NCBI RefSeq assembly: GCF_032444005.1
Contig: NC_091290.1
Coordinates: 156,488,001 to 156,552,000, forward strand
Reading direction: 5' to 3'
DNA from: Ranitomeya imitator
Taxonomy: Eukaryota
Length of the DNA: 64,000 nucleotides
Part shown: one piece after another, positions 46,923 through 59,700 of the stretch
Position numbering within the stretch: the stretch's first letter is position 1
Layout: every line of letters starts with the position of its first letter
Notes under the pieces: model-generated
Seen by the model: the letters and a program-made list of their open reading frames with translations, nothing else
What the model was told of the DNA's origin: nothing
Database searches by the model: none
Made by a program: the position numbers and the translations under genes

Positions 46923-47670
46923 ATTCTAAGTACCAAAGCTCACTAGGGAGCTTTTTTTTATTTTTTTGCAAAATGTACAAACTGTTGCATTGGTTGCTCT
47001 TAATATTTTTGCTCTATAATGGATTTCTTCAGCCTAATGATGTTTTGTTTCTCCACCATTGAGAGCTCCTTTGTCCGCATGTTGTAGGTTCACAGCAACA
47101 GCTTCCAAATGCCGCTCTGGAATCTGCTGCAGTGTAGATGCCTGCTTAATTGATGATGGAATAATGAGCTTCTGAGAATTGTGCAATTACTTTTGGTCCC
47201 TTGCAAAAGTGACAGCTCCATATTACAGAGCTATAATTTCTAAACCCATTCTCCAGTCAGGATGTGAAACCCCTCAGATTAAGTCCATGGTCACAATGTC
47301 AGTATTTGCAGCCACAACCAGGAATGGAACAATCAGCGAAAAAGTAGAATAGAAACACGTCAACATTTCTGGTTTTGGCTGCAAAAACTGATAGTGTGGC
47401 CTAAAGCTGCTCACAGTACTGGATCTGGAATATGTCACCGTCCACAGATTTCTGGGCCTAACTGTATAAGCCAGGGGCATCCAATACCACACATGGCGTA
47501 TACACATGTGCACCTATATGCTGATATTAAACATTACATGATCAGTACAGGTGACCGTTTTTCAAATATTGGGGAGCTTATCCTCTGTATATATGGAGTT
47601 AGACCCCCTCACACAGTCACCGGACACAGCTGTGCTACACAAACGTTTAATAGATGGATATGCATGATGT

Positions 47671-47706
47671 TCACCGGCGCTGGTTCGGTCTCGTCAGGTT
47701 TTTTAA
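47671..47706 (-). CDS. COQ9: COQ9 exon 9, coding part
   Basis: [11 protein letters not shown]; acceptor cag|TTA. Confidence 0.93.
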   Translation of the reverse strand, partial: LKNLTRPNQRR

Positions 47707-50700
47707 CTGGAAAAAGAGAAAAAAATATTCAGTGATCTGCCTGTTATAGGATGGAAGCAAAAAATACTTATCACCTCTCTCTAGAGCACCGCCCTCCCCA
47801 CCCCCAAATCCATCATCCTCCTCTTCTGACCAGTAAAACGTAGCCACAACCATGGCTTCTGAGTGGACCTGGTTCTGGATACTCACAGTGACTGCGGCGC
47901 CCATCAGCCCCTGTATCACAGCCTCTCCAGTGCTGGTCACCTACAACAGAAAATAACATGTGTGAGCTTGGCGCAGCAGAAGACGATGGGCGAGCGAGAG
48001 CTAATCCCGGCAGAGGACAAAGTGAGAGCGAGAGCTAATCCCGGCAGAGGACAAAGTGAGAGCGAGAGCTAATCCCGGCAGAGGACAAAGTGAGAGCGAG
48101 AGCTAATCCCGGCAGAGGACAAAGTGAGAGCGAGAGCTAATCCCGGCAGAGGACAAAGTGAGAGCGAGAGCTAATCCCGGCAGAGGACAAAGTGAGAGCG
48201 AGAGCTAATCCCGGCAGAGGACAAAGTGAGAGCGAGAGCTAATCCCGGCAGAGGACAAAGTGAGAGCGAGAGCTAATCCCGGCAGAGGACAAAGTGAGAG
48301 CGAGAGCTAATCCCGGCAGAGGACAAAGTGAGAGCGAGAGCTAATCCCGGCAGAGGACAAAGTGAGAGCGAGAGCTAATCCCGGCAGAGGACAAAGTGAG
48401 AGCGAGAGCTAATCCCGGCAGAGGACAAAGTGAGAGCGAGAGCTAATCCCGGCAGAGGACAAAGTGAGAGCGAGAGCTAATCCCGGCAGAGGACAAAGTG
48501 AGAGCGAGAGCTAATCCCGGCAGAGGACAAAGCGAGAGCGAGAGCTAATCCCGGCAGAGGACAAAGCGAGAGCGAGAGCTAATCCCGGCAGAGGACAAAG
48601 CGAGAGCGAGAGCTAATCCCGGCAGAGGACAAAGCGAGAGCGAGAGCTAATCCCGGCAGAGGACAAAGCGAGAGCGAGAGCTAATCCCGGCAGAGGACAA
48701 AGCGAGAGCGAGAGCTAATCCCGGCAGAGGACAAAGCGAGAGCGAGAGCTAATCCCGGCAGAGGACAAAGCGAGAGCGAGAGCTAATCCCGGCAGAGGAC
48801 AAAGTGAGAGCGAGAGCTAATCCCGGCAGAGGACAAAGTGAGAGCGAGAGCTAATCCCGGCAGAGGACAAAGTGAGAGCGAGAGCTAATCCCGGCAGAGG
48901 ACAAAGTGAGAGCGAGAGCTAATCCCGGCAGAGGACAAAGTGAGAGCGAGAGCTAATCCCGGCAGAGGACAAAGTGAGAGCGAGAGCTAATCCCGGCAGA
49001 GGACAAAGTGAGAGCGAGAGCTAATCCCGGCAGAGGACAAAGTGAGAGCGAGAGCTAATCCCGGCAGAGGACAAAGTGAGAGCGAGAGCTAATCCCGGCA
49101 GAGGACAAAGTGAGAGCGAGAGCTAATCCCGGCAGAGGACAAAGTGAGAGCGAGAGCTAATCCCGGCAGAGGACAAAGTGAGAGCGAGAGCTAATCCCGG
49201 CAGAGGACAAAGTGAGAGCGAGAGCTAATCCCGGCAGAGGACAAAGTGAGAGCGAGAGCTAATCCCGGCAGAGGACAAAGTGAGAGCGAGAGCTAATCCC
49301 GGCAGAGGACAAAGTGAGAGCGAGAGCTAATCCCGGCAGAGGACAAAGTGAGAGCGAGAGCTAATCCCGGCAGAGGACAAAGTGAGAGCGAGAGCTAATC
49401 CCGGCAGAGGACAAAGCGAGAGCGAGAGCTAATCCCGGCAGAGGACAAAGCGAGAGCGAGAGCTAATCCCGGCAGAGGACAAAGCGAGAGCGAGAGCTAA
49501 TCCCGGCAGAGGACAAAGCGAGAGCGAGAGCTAATCCCGGCAGAGGACAAAGCGAGAGCGAGAGCTAATCCCGGCAGAGGACAAAGCGAGAGCGAGAGCT
49601 AATCCCGGCAGAGGACAAAGTGAGAGCGAGAGCTAATCCCGGCAGAGGACAAAGTGAGAGCGAGAGCTAATCCCGGCAGAGGACGCAGCAGAGGACGATG
49701 TGAAAGCGCGCCTCTGGCTCAGGAGGCACAGCAGAAAATGATGTGAGAGCTGAAGTTCACTGCAGCAGAGGACAATGTTACAGCATGGCACCGACTCGGG
49801 AAGCAGCAGAGGACGATGCGCGCCGTTGGGTCAATGGACACAGCAGAGGAAGATGAGAAGGCAGGAGTTCTGCCCTGGCTCAGGATGCAACAGAGAAAGA
49901 TGTGAGAGCGGGAGTGCAGCACTGGCTCAGCGGTTGCAGCAGAGGACGGTGTGAGCGCACTGCTTGCTCAGGGGACACAGCACAGGATGATGTGAGAGCT
50001 TGCCTACAATTTGGGGGACACAGCAGAGGATGATGTGCAAGCCGGAAATTGCCAAAGGCTCAGGGGAACATGAGAGTGTTGGAGTTCACCACAGGCTCAG
50101 CAGCCGCAGTGGTCGGGTCAGTACCTGGGTGACCGAATCTGCCATGGTCATGGCCTCAGAGATCCGGTTTTGCAGAAAGTTCCAGGTGTCCTCATAGTCC
50201 AGCGACTTGTCCTGCATCATGACCAGCTCCGTGGTGTTATAAATCCCGGCCAGAACCGCCCGCCGCGTGTACCAGCTCACCTGTGGGAACAATGAGCATG
50301 ACGTGGGAGAAGGACCAACCAGAGGCAGCCCTCAACCCCATATCCAAACAGGACCACCGAGACAAAGCCCTCGCCCCATTCCTGTGAACACCCTAATGCC
50401 TCATCCCCACCCCCATACAGGACCACTCAGCGGCAGCCATGGTCATCACTGTACTCGCAGGACCACTCAAAACGCCTCATCCCCAACATGAGACCAACTA
50501 GATTCAGCCCTCGCCCCACCCACATATATGACCACCCAGACACAGCCATCACCCCAATCCCTATACTCGCAGGACTGAGAGGCAGCCCCCACCCCCTTAC
50601 AGGACCACCCAGATACAGCTCTCACCTCCATCCCCATACTAACAAGACCACGCACATAGCAAAGGGCACTCACGTCTGTAGACTGGTCACTAGCATAGTG

Positions 50701-53700
50701 CCAAATGTCGTCTACCATCGTCGTCAGGAGTGTCAGACCAGAGGGAAGATTGTGCGGTAAAAGGAGAATCCCCATCGCCTAAAAAAGAGACACTCATCAG
50801 TAGGGGGCGCTACACTTGCTGCTAGGTATTCATACACAGCAGTGATATGACCACTCTCCAGATACCAGTTATATTATACAGCAGTGATATCACTGTTCAC
50901 AAGGAGGATACCTTTATCATCCCCACCACTCACTCCAATTTGTCATGAACTGGGGTTGTTTGGTTGCCCCTGGTTCTTTCTGAAGGGGGATTTATCTATA
51001 CCGCATTTCTGGTTTGAAACTTGTAGCTCTCTGGCGCCCCCCTTACCCTCAGGTCAGACTAGGTACTGCACCAAGGGTAACTAGTTGCCAGAAAGGCTGC
51101 CTTACTATGTACTGGCTAATGGGCACACTGCAGCTAGGGCGATATAAGTACTCCCACTCAGGCGGGAACAATAATTATCAACGCCGCCGGTCGCTACGAA
51201 AACCTCCCAAATGCACGCACACAACAAATCTGCTGCCACCAGCTCCGATTTCTTAATTATAAATAGGTCCGGAGCCAACCCAGATTAGTAGCGTAATTCA
51301 CTTCAGAGAACATGACAGTTCGTTATAGAGCAAGGAGAGACAAGTTAGTAATTTTATATATTTTACTCCAAAACGGTAGGCAGTGTTTACAGAAGTATGA
51401 AAAGATATTATAAAAAAAGTATCGTATGTACAGTACAATTACAAATAAAATGGGATTAAAGTTGTAAAACACTTGCATAGCATTCAGATCATTTCATCTC
51501 ATGGCTGTCCATGTGCTCAGGGGACACACAAAGATGCATTACACCCCTGTCTCGCAGCTAGACCCTCGACAAAGACACTCAAGACTGCTGTCTCACTTAT
51601 CTCCCAGCCTAAAACTTTTCACTTTTTGCATTCACCCATGGGTGCGGCTGTTCTTCCTATTGTTACTTTGGACCAAGTCCTGTTCAGCATGCCCCAACCC
51701 ACCCTGCTGAGTGCGCACCTTCTCCATTCCCTGCACTGTACAGTGGTTGTGATGCCTGTCATGGATCCCTTCTCCGTGGTGTCACTAATTCGTCACGTGC
51801 CCGCTCTCACACGTGACTTGGGGTTGTGCCTGCAAGGGTTAATCTCCCCACTCAGAGTCCAGCATTCAACCTCTGTCATATGCTGTAATGGGAGCATAAA
51901 TCACACACTGACCCAGGCCACACACCCGCTCATACACGCTGCCACCACTCACCGAATACACGGGCGATGAGTCCCGGAAATATTACTACTACTGTCTGCC
52001 AATCATAAGGCTCACACACTTTAGGATATGGATTATTTAAAACATATGAGGTTCAACTGTTAAAGTTTTAGGCTGCCGTCACACTATCAGTATTTGGTCA
52101 GTATTTTACATCAGTATTTCTCAGCCAAAACCAGGAGTGGGTGATAAATGCAGCAGTGGTGCATATGTTTCTATTATACTTTTCCTCTATTTGTTCCACT
52201 CCTTTTTTTGGCTACAAATACTGATGTAAAATACTGACCAAATACTGATCGTGTGACGGCAGCCTTATGCTTTAATACAAAAAGGTTTAGTGCTTACAGT
52301 AAAGAAAAAGGTATAAAAATATGGTAATAAAGACATACAATTTATGCAAAACACTATAAAATAAACAGGAGAAAACTTACACAAATAGCTAAGGCTACTT
52401 TTACACTAGCGTCGTACTCAGCCCGTCGCAGTGCGTTGGGCCGACGTACCGACGCATACTGTGGAAGTGCCGCACAACGGGGCAGCGGATGCATTTTTCC
52501 AACGCATCCGCTGCCCCATTCTGAGCTGTGGGGAGGAGGGGGCGGAGTTCCGGCAGCGCATGCGCAGTCGGAAATGGCAGACACAACACACCAAAAAACA
52601 TTACATGCAACGTTTTTTGGTGTCGACGGTCGGCCACAACACGACGGTTGCGACGTGTGGCAAAGCGTCGCCAATGTTAGTCTATGGGGAAAAAACACAT
52701 CCTGCAAGCAATTTTGCAGGATGCGTTTTTTCTCCAAAACGACGCACTGCCTTACTTGTAGTCTGCTTCTGGTCCCTGAGGGTAGGATGAATATAGACTG
52801 GATCACATCAGCTTCCCAGGCTGCCCCCGCATGTGAACAATTTTGAATGTATACAAGCCAAATTTATAGTCACCCTGGAGGTCAGATTTCTAGACCAGCC
52901 CATCAAGTTGATATTCTAATTGCTTGTTATTGATTAGACCACGGCCGCGCCCCCTATGAATATATAATTTTTTTCTCTGAGATTCTTTGTGTAAAGCTTC
53001 CCACAGATAGTGTCAGGCTGTAATTGACATCTCTCTTCAAAGAGCTAGGAGGTGTCAAATGTTCCCTTTTTTCTTGGTTCCCAGCACAACCCCCCTGGTG
53101 AGATTGGAGACAGAAGTCTGCTGTCTCAGGAAAATATATTAACACCTGGGTGAGACCTGCAGCTTTCAGGACAGATGTTCAATTATTACTAGTCACACAA
53201 TAAACCTATACATGGTTCACTGCACACATTTTTATACATATTTCACTACAATGCCGCTCTGCACTGTACAGGGGTTGTTATGCCGTCGCTCTGCACTGTA
53301 CAGGGGTTGTTATGCCGTCGCTCTGCACTGTACAGGGGTTGTTATGCCACCGCTCTGTGCTGTACAGGGGTTGTGATGCCGCAGCTCTGCACTGTACAGG
53401 GGTTGTGATGCCGACGCTCTGCGCTGTACAGGGGTTGTGATGCTGCCGCTCTGCGCTGTACAGGGGTTGTAATGCTGATGCCGCTCCGCGCTGTACAGGG
53501 GTTGTGATGCCGCCGCTCTGCGCTGTACAGGGGTTGTGATGCCGCCACTCTGCACTGTACAGGGGTTGTCATGCCGACACTGCTCCGCACTGTACCGGGG
53601 ATGTGATGCCGCGCTCCGCACTGTACCGGGGATGTGATGTCGCGCTCCGCACTGTACAGGGGTTGTGATGCCGCGCTCCGCACTGTACAGGGGTTGTGAT

Positions 53701-56700
53701 GCCGACACTGCTCCGCACTGTACATGGGTTGTGATGCCGCCGTTCTGCACTGTACAGGGGTTGTGATGCTGCCGCTCTGCGCTGTACAGGGGTTGTGATG
53801 CCGATGCCGCTCCGCGCTGTACAGGGGTTGTGATGCCGCCGCTCTGCACTGTACAGGGGTTGTCATGCCGACACTGCTCCGCACTGTACCGGGGATGTGA
53901 TGCCGCGCTCCGCACTGTACCGGGGATGTGATGCCGCGCTCCGCACTGTACAGGGGTTGTGATGCCGACGCTCCGCACTGTACAGGGGTTGTGATTCCGC
54001 GCTCCGCACTGTACAGGGGTTGTGATGCCGATGCTGCTCCGCACTGTACCGGGGATGTGATGCCGCACTCCGCACTGTACCGGGGATGTGATGCCGACGC
54101 TGCTCCGCACTGTACCGGGGATGTGATGCCGCGCTCCGCACTGTACAGGGGTTGTGATGCCGACGCTCCGCACTGTACAGGGGTTGTGATTCCGCGCTCC
54201 GCACTGTACAGGGGTTGTGATGCCGATGCTGCTCCGCACTGTACCGGGGATGTGATGCCGCGCTCCGCACTGTGGGGGATGTGATGCCGACGCTGCTCCG
54301 CACTGTACCGGGGATGTGATGCCGCGCTCCGCACTGTACCGGGGATGTGATGCCGACGCTGCTCCGCATTGTACCGGGGATGTGATGCCGACGCTCCGCA
54401 CTGTACAGGGGTTGTGATTCCGCGCTCCGCACTGTACAGGGGTTGTGATGCCAATGCCGCTCCATGCTGTACAGGGGTTGTGATGCTGCCGCTCCACGCT
54501 GTACAGGGGTTGTGATGCTGCCGCTTCGCACTGTACAGGGGTTGTAATGCCGCGCTCCGCACTGTACAGGGGTTGTGATTCCGCGCTCCGCACTGTACAG
54601 GGGTTGTGATGCCGACGCTGCTCTGCACTGTAATGGGGATGTGATGCCGCGCTCCACGCTGTACAGGGGTTGTGATGCCGACTCTGCACTGTAATGGGGA
54701 TGTGATGCCGCGCTCCACGCTGTACAGGGGTTGTGATGCCAACGCTGCTCTGCACTGTAATGGGGATGTGATGCCGCGCTCCGCACTGTACAGGGGTTGT
54801 GATTCCGCGCTCCGCACTGTACAGGGGTTGTGATTCCGCGCTCCGCACTGTACAGGGGTTGTGATGCCGCGCTCCGCACTGTACAGGGGTTGTGATTCCG
54901 CGCTCCGCACTGTACAGGGGTTGTGATGCCAATGCCGCTCCACGCTGTACAGGGGTTGTGATGCCACCGCTTCGCACTGTACAGGGGTTGTAATGCCGCG
55001 CTCCGCACTGTACAGGGGTTGTGATGTTGCTGTTACCTGTGGCCAGCGCTCGATGTAGGGGATGACCATCCTCAGCCGAGTCTCCACTGCGTCTCTCAGG
55101 AACTGCTCTGTTGGCTTCTTCCTGAAACACAGGCGGTAACACCATACAATGTGAACCATGTGCTGAGTTTCTCCCCTCACTCCTCGTGCCCCATACTCAC
55201 TCCGTGCTGCCCAGTTGGACCAGTTTGTGCTCCTGCTCCAGCAGCTCAGTCAGGTTCTTATTACACACAGATATGAAGTGCAAGACGAGCTCGGCGCCGC
55301 CGCCATTGGGGAAGATTCCTGCTGCAGCAGCAGACAGATCCAGGGACTGTGGAGAAAGGGGAGAGGTGACATGTCGCTGGCCCTGTGGGCCCTAGGACTG
55401 ACCGCACTGCTTACCTTTGCCCCCTCAGCGATGGCCTCCGCGCTCCAGCCGTACTCGGGTACAAAGGTGAGAGCGGCGGAGAGGATGCGCTGCTGCAGCT
55501 GCTCCTCACTCTCGTAGTCCTCTGACTCTTCTCCTCCCTGGTCAGTAAACCTGCAGCCACAGCTGTGATCAGAGTGGGCCCTCAGGACCACAGGCACCGT
55601 GAGGGGCCCCATCATACCTGGGCGGTGTAGTGTTTGGTTCCCCGGCCACCTCTGATGGGAAAGAAAATGGTGGAGAGGATTTCTCTTCTCTGGACCTCAG
55701 GGCCGAAGTCGCCCACAGGGCCCGGGCACAGCGCCCCACCGGGCGAGTCAGGCCTGGAAGATAGAAAGAGCCCACAGTGGGAGAAGGGTCAGGACAAGGG
55801 CAGCCATCACCTCCAGGGGTCACATCTCCCAGCCGATGACAGGGGCAAGGGATGAATAATAACTCCACAGCCCCCGAAACTGGGGACAGCCAATCAGGCC
55901 GCAACTAGGAGCGGCCACTCACCTCACAACCCCCGCAACTAGGGACGGCCAATCACCTCACAACCCCCGCAACTAGGGACGGCCAATCACCTCACAACCC
56001 CCGCAACTAGGGACGGACAATCACCTCACAGCCCCCGCAACTAGGGACGGCCAATCACCCCACAGCCCCCGCAACTAGGGACGGCCAATCACGTCACAAC
56101 CCCCGCAACTAGGGACGGCCAATCACCTCACAGCCCCAGCAACTAGGGACGGCCAATCACCTCACAACCCCCGCAACTAGGGACGGCCAATCACCTCACA
56201 GCCCCCGCAACTAGGGACGGACAATCACCTCACAGCCCCCGCAACTAGGGACGGACAATCACCTCACAGCCCCCGCAACTAGGGACGGACAATCACCTCA
56301 CAGCCCCCGCAACTAGGGACGGACAATCACCTCACAACCCCAGCAACTAGGGACGGACAATCACCTCACAGCCCCCACAAGTAGGGACGGACAATCACCT
56401 CACAACCCCAGCAACTAGGGACGGCCAATCACCTCACAGCCCCCGCAACTAGGGACGGCCAATCACCTCACAGCCCCAGCAACTAGGGACGGCCAATCAC
56501 CTCACAGCCCCCGCAACTAGGGACGGACAATCACCTCACAGCCCCCGCAACTAGGGACGGACAATCACCTCACAGCCCCCGCAACTAGGGACGGCCAATC
56601 ACCTCACAACCCCCGCAACTAGGGACGGCCAATCACCTCACAGCCCCCACAACTAGGGACGGCCAATCACCTCACAGCCCCAGCAACTAGGGACGGCCAA

Positions 56701-59700
56701 TCACCTCACAGCCCCAGCAACTAGGGACGGCCAATCACCTCACAGCACCCGCAACTAGGGACGGCCAATCACCTCACAGCCCCCGCAACTAGGGACGGCC
56801 AATCACCTCACAGCCCCAGCAACTAGGGACGGCCAATCACCTCACAGCCCCAGCAACTAGGGACGGACAATCACCCCACAGCCCCAGCAACTAGGGACGG
56901 ACAATCACCTCACAGCCCCCGCAACTAGGGACGGCCAATCACCTCACAACCCCCGCAACTAGGGACGGCCAATCACCTCACAGCCCCAGCAACTAGGGAC
57001 GGACAATCACCTCACAACCCCCGCAACTAGGGACGGCCAATCACCTCACAGCCCCCACAACTAGGGACGGCCAATCACCTCACAGCCCCAGCAACTAGGG
57101 ACGGCCAATCACCTCACAGCCCCAGCAACTAGGGACGGACAATCACCTCACAGCCCCCACAACTAGGGACGGCCAATCACCCCACAGCACCCGCAACTAG
57201 GGACGGCCAATCACCTCACAACCCCCGCAACTAGGGACGGCCAATCACCTCACAGCCCCAGCAACTAGGGACGGACAATCACCTCACAACCCCCGCAACT
57301 AGGGACGGCCAATCACCTCACAGCCCCCACAACTAGGGACGGCCAATCACCTCACAGCCCCAGCAACTAGGGACGGCCAATCACCTCACAGCCCCAGCAA
57401 CTAGGGACGGACAATCACCTCACAGCCCCCACAACTAGGGACGGCCAATCACCCCACAGCACCCGCAACTAGGGACGGCCAATCACCTCACAGCCCCCAC
57501 AACTAGGGACGGCCAATCACCTCACAACCCCCGCAACTAGGGACGGCCAATCACCCCACAGCCCCCGCAACTAGGGACGGCCAATCACCTCACAACCCCC
57601 GCAACTAGGGACGGCCAATCACCCCACAGCCCCAGCAACTAGGGACGGACAATCACCTCACAGCCCCCACAACTAGGGACGGCCAATCACCCCACAGCCC
57701 CCGCAACTAGGGACGGCCAATCACCTCACAACCCCCGCAACTAGGGACGGCCAATCACCCCACAGCCCCAGCAACTAGGGACGGACAATCACCTCACAGC
57801 CCCCACAACTAGGGACGGCCAATCACCTCACAGCCCCCACAACTAGGGACGGACAATCACCTCACAGCCCCCGCAACTAGGGACGGCCAATCACCTCACA
57901 GCCCCCGCAACTAGGGACGGCCAATCACCTCACAACCCCCGCAACTAGGGACGGCCAATCACCTCACAGCCCCCACAACTAGGGACGGACAATCACCTCA
58001 CAGCCCCCGCAACTAGGGACGGCCAATCACCTCACAGCCCCCACAACTAGGGACGGACAATCACCTCACAGCCCCCGCAACTAGGGACGGCCAATCACCT
58101 CACAACCCCCGCAACTAGGGACGGCCAATCACCTCACAGCCCCCACAACTAGGGAAGGACAATCACCTCACAGCCCCCGCAACTAGGGACGGCCAATCAC
58201 CTCACAGCCCCCACAACTAGGGACGGACAATCACCTCACAGCCCCCGCAACTAGGGACGGCCAATCACCTCACAGCCCCCGCAACTAGGGACGGCCAATC
58301 ACCTCACAACCCCCGCAACTAGGGACGGCCAATCACCTCACAACCCCCGCAACTAGGGACGGCCAATCACCTCACAACCCCCGCAACTAGGGACGGCCAA
58401 TCACCTCACAACCCCCGCAACTAGGGACGGACAATCACCTCACAGCCCCCGCAACTAGGGACGGACAATCACCTCACAACCCCCGCAACTAGGGACGGCC
58501 AATCACCTCACAGCCCCCGCAACTAGGGACGGCCAATCACCTCACAACCCCCGCAACTAGGGACGGCCAATCACCTCACAGCCCCCGCAACTAGGGACGG
58601 ACAATCACCTCACAGCCCCCGCAACTAGGGACGGACAATCACCTCACAGCCCCCGCAACTAGGGACGGCCAATCACCCCAAACCCCCGCAACTAGGGACG
58701 GACAATCACCTCACAGCCCCCGCAACTAGGGACGGACAATCACCTCACAGCCCCCGCAACTAGGGACGGACAATCACCTCACAGCCCCCGCAACTAGGGA
58801 CGGACAATCACCTCACAACCCCCGCAACTAGGGACGGCCAATCACCCCACAGCCCCCGCAACTAGGGACGGACAATCACCTCACAACCCCAGCAACTAGG
58901 GACGGACAATCACCTCACAGCCCCCGCAACTAGGGACGGCCAATCACCTCACAACCCCCGCAACTAGGGACGGACAATCACCTCACAGCCCCCGCAACTA
59001 GGGACGGACAATCACCTCACAGCCCCCGCAACTAGGGACGGACAATCACCTCACAGCCCCCGCAACTAGGGACGGCCAATCACCTCACAGCCCCCGCAAC
59101 TAGGGACGGCCAATCACCTCACAGCCCCCGCAACTAGGGAAGGACAATCACCTCACAGCCCCCGCAACTAGGGACGGCCAATCACCTCACAGCCCCCGCA
59201 ACTAGGGACGGACAATCACCTCACAGCCCCCGCAACTAGGGACGGCCAATCACCTCACAGCCCCAGCAACTAGGGACGGACAATCACCCCACAGCCCCAG
59301 CAACTAGGGACGGACAATCACCTCACAGCCCCCACAACTAGGGACGGCCAATCACCTCACAGCCCCCACAACTAGGGACGGCCAATCACCTCACAGCCCC
59401 CCCAACTAGGGACGGCCAATCACCTCACAGCCCCCCCAACTAGGGACGGCCAATCACCTCACAGCCCCCGCAACTAGGGACGGCCAATCACCTCACAGCC
59501 CCCGCAACTAGGGACGGCCAATCACCTCACAACCCCCGCAACTAGGGACGGCCAATCACCTCACAGCCCCCGCAACTAGGGACGGACAATCACCTCACAG
59601 CCCCCGCAACTAGGGACGGCCAATCACCTCACAGCCCCCGCAACTAGGGACGGACAATCACCTCACAGCCCCCGCAACTAGGGATGGACAATCACCTCAC

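Larger units (their letters stand above)
42830..47270 (-). mobile_element. Decayed Tc1-family element between UTP6 and COQ9, expanded internally by a satellite, a CR1 and a Penelope-like insert (boundaries approximate)
   Basis: Minus-strand remnants MRTKELSMVEKQNIIRL (about 47089), a K.NLYQNDGK-like segment (about 46050), and DPKHPAKAKKWNILQWPS (about 45780-45730). The C-terminal segment is amplified as the 70-bp satellite. Confidence 0.75.

Noticed and set aside
53310-55180. About 610-aa ORFs extending COQ9 exon 5
   Set aside because: Read-through from exon 5 into a stop-poor intronic minisatellite; the donor at 55036 and exon 6 give the conserved protein.
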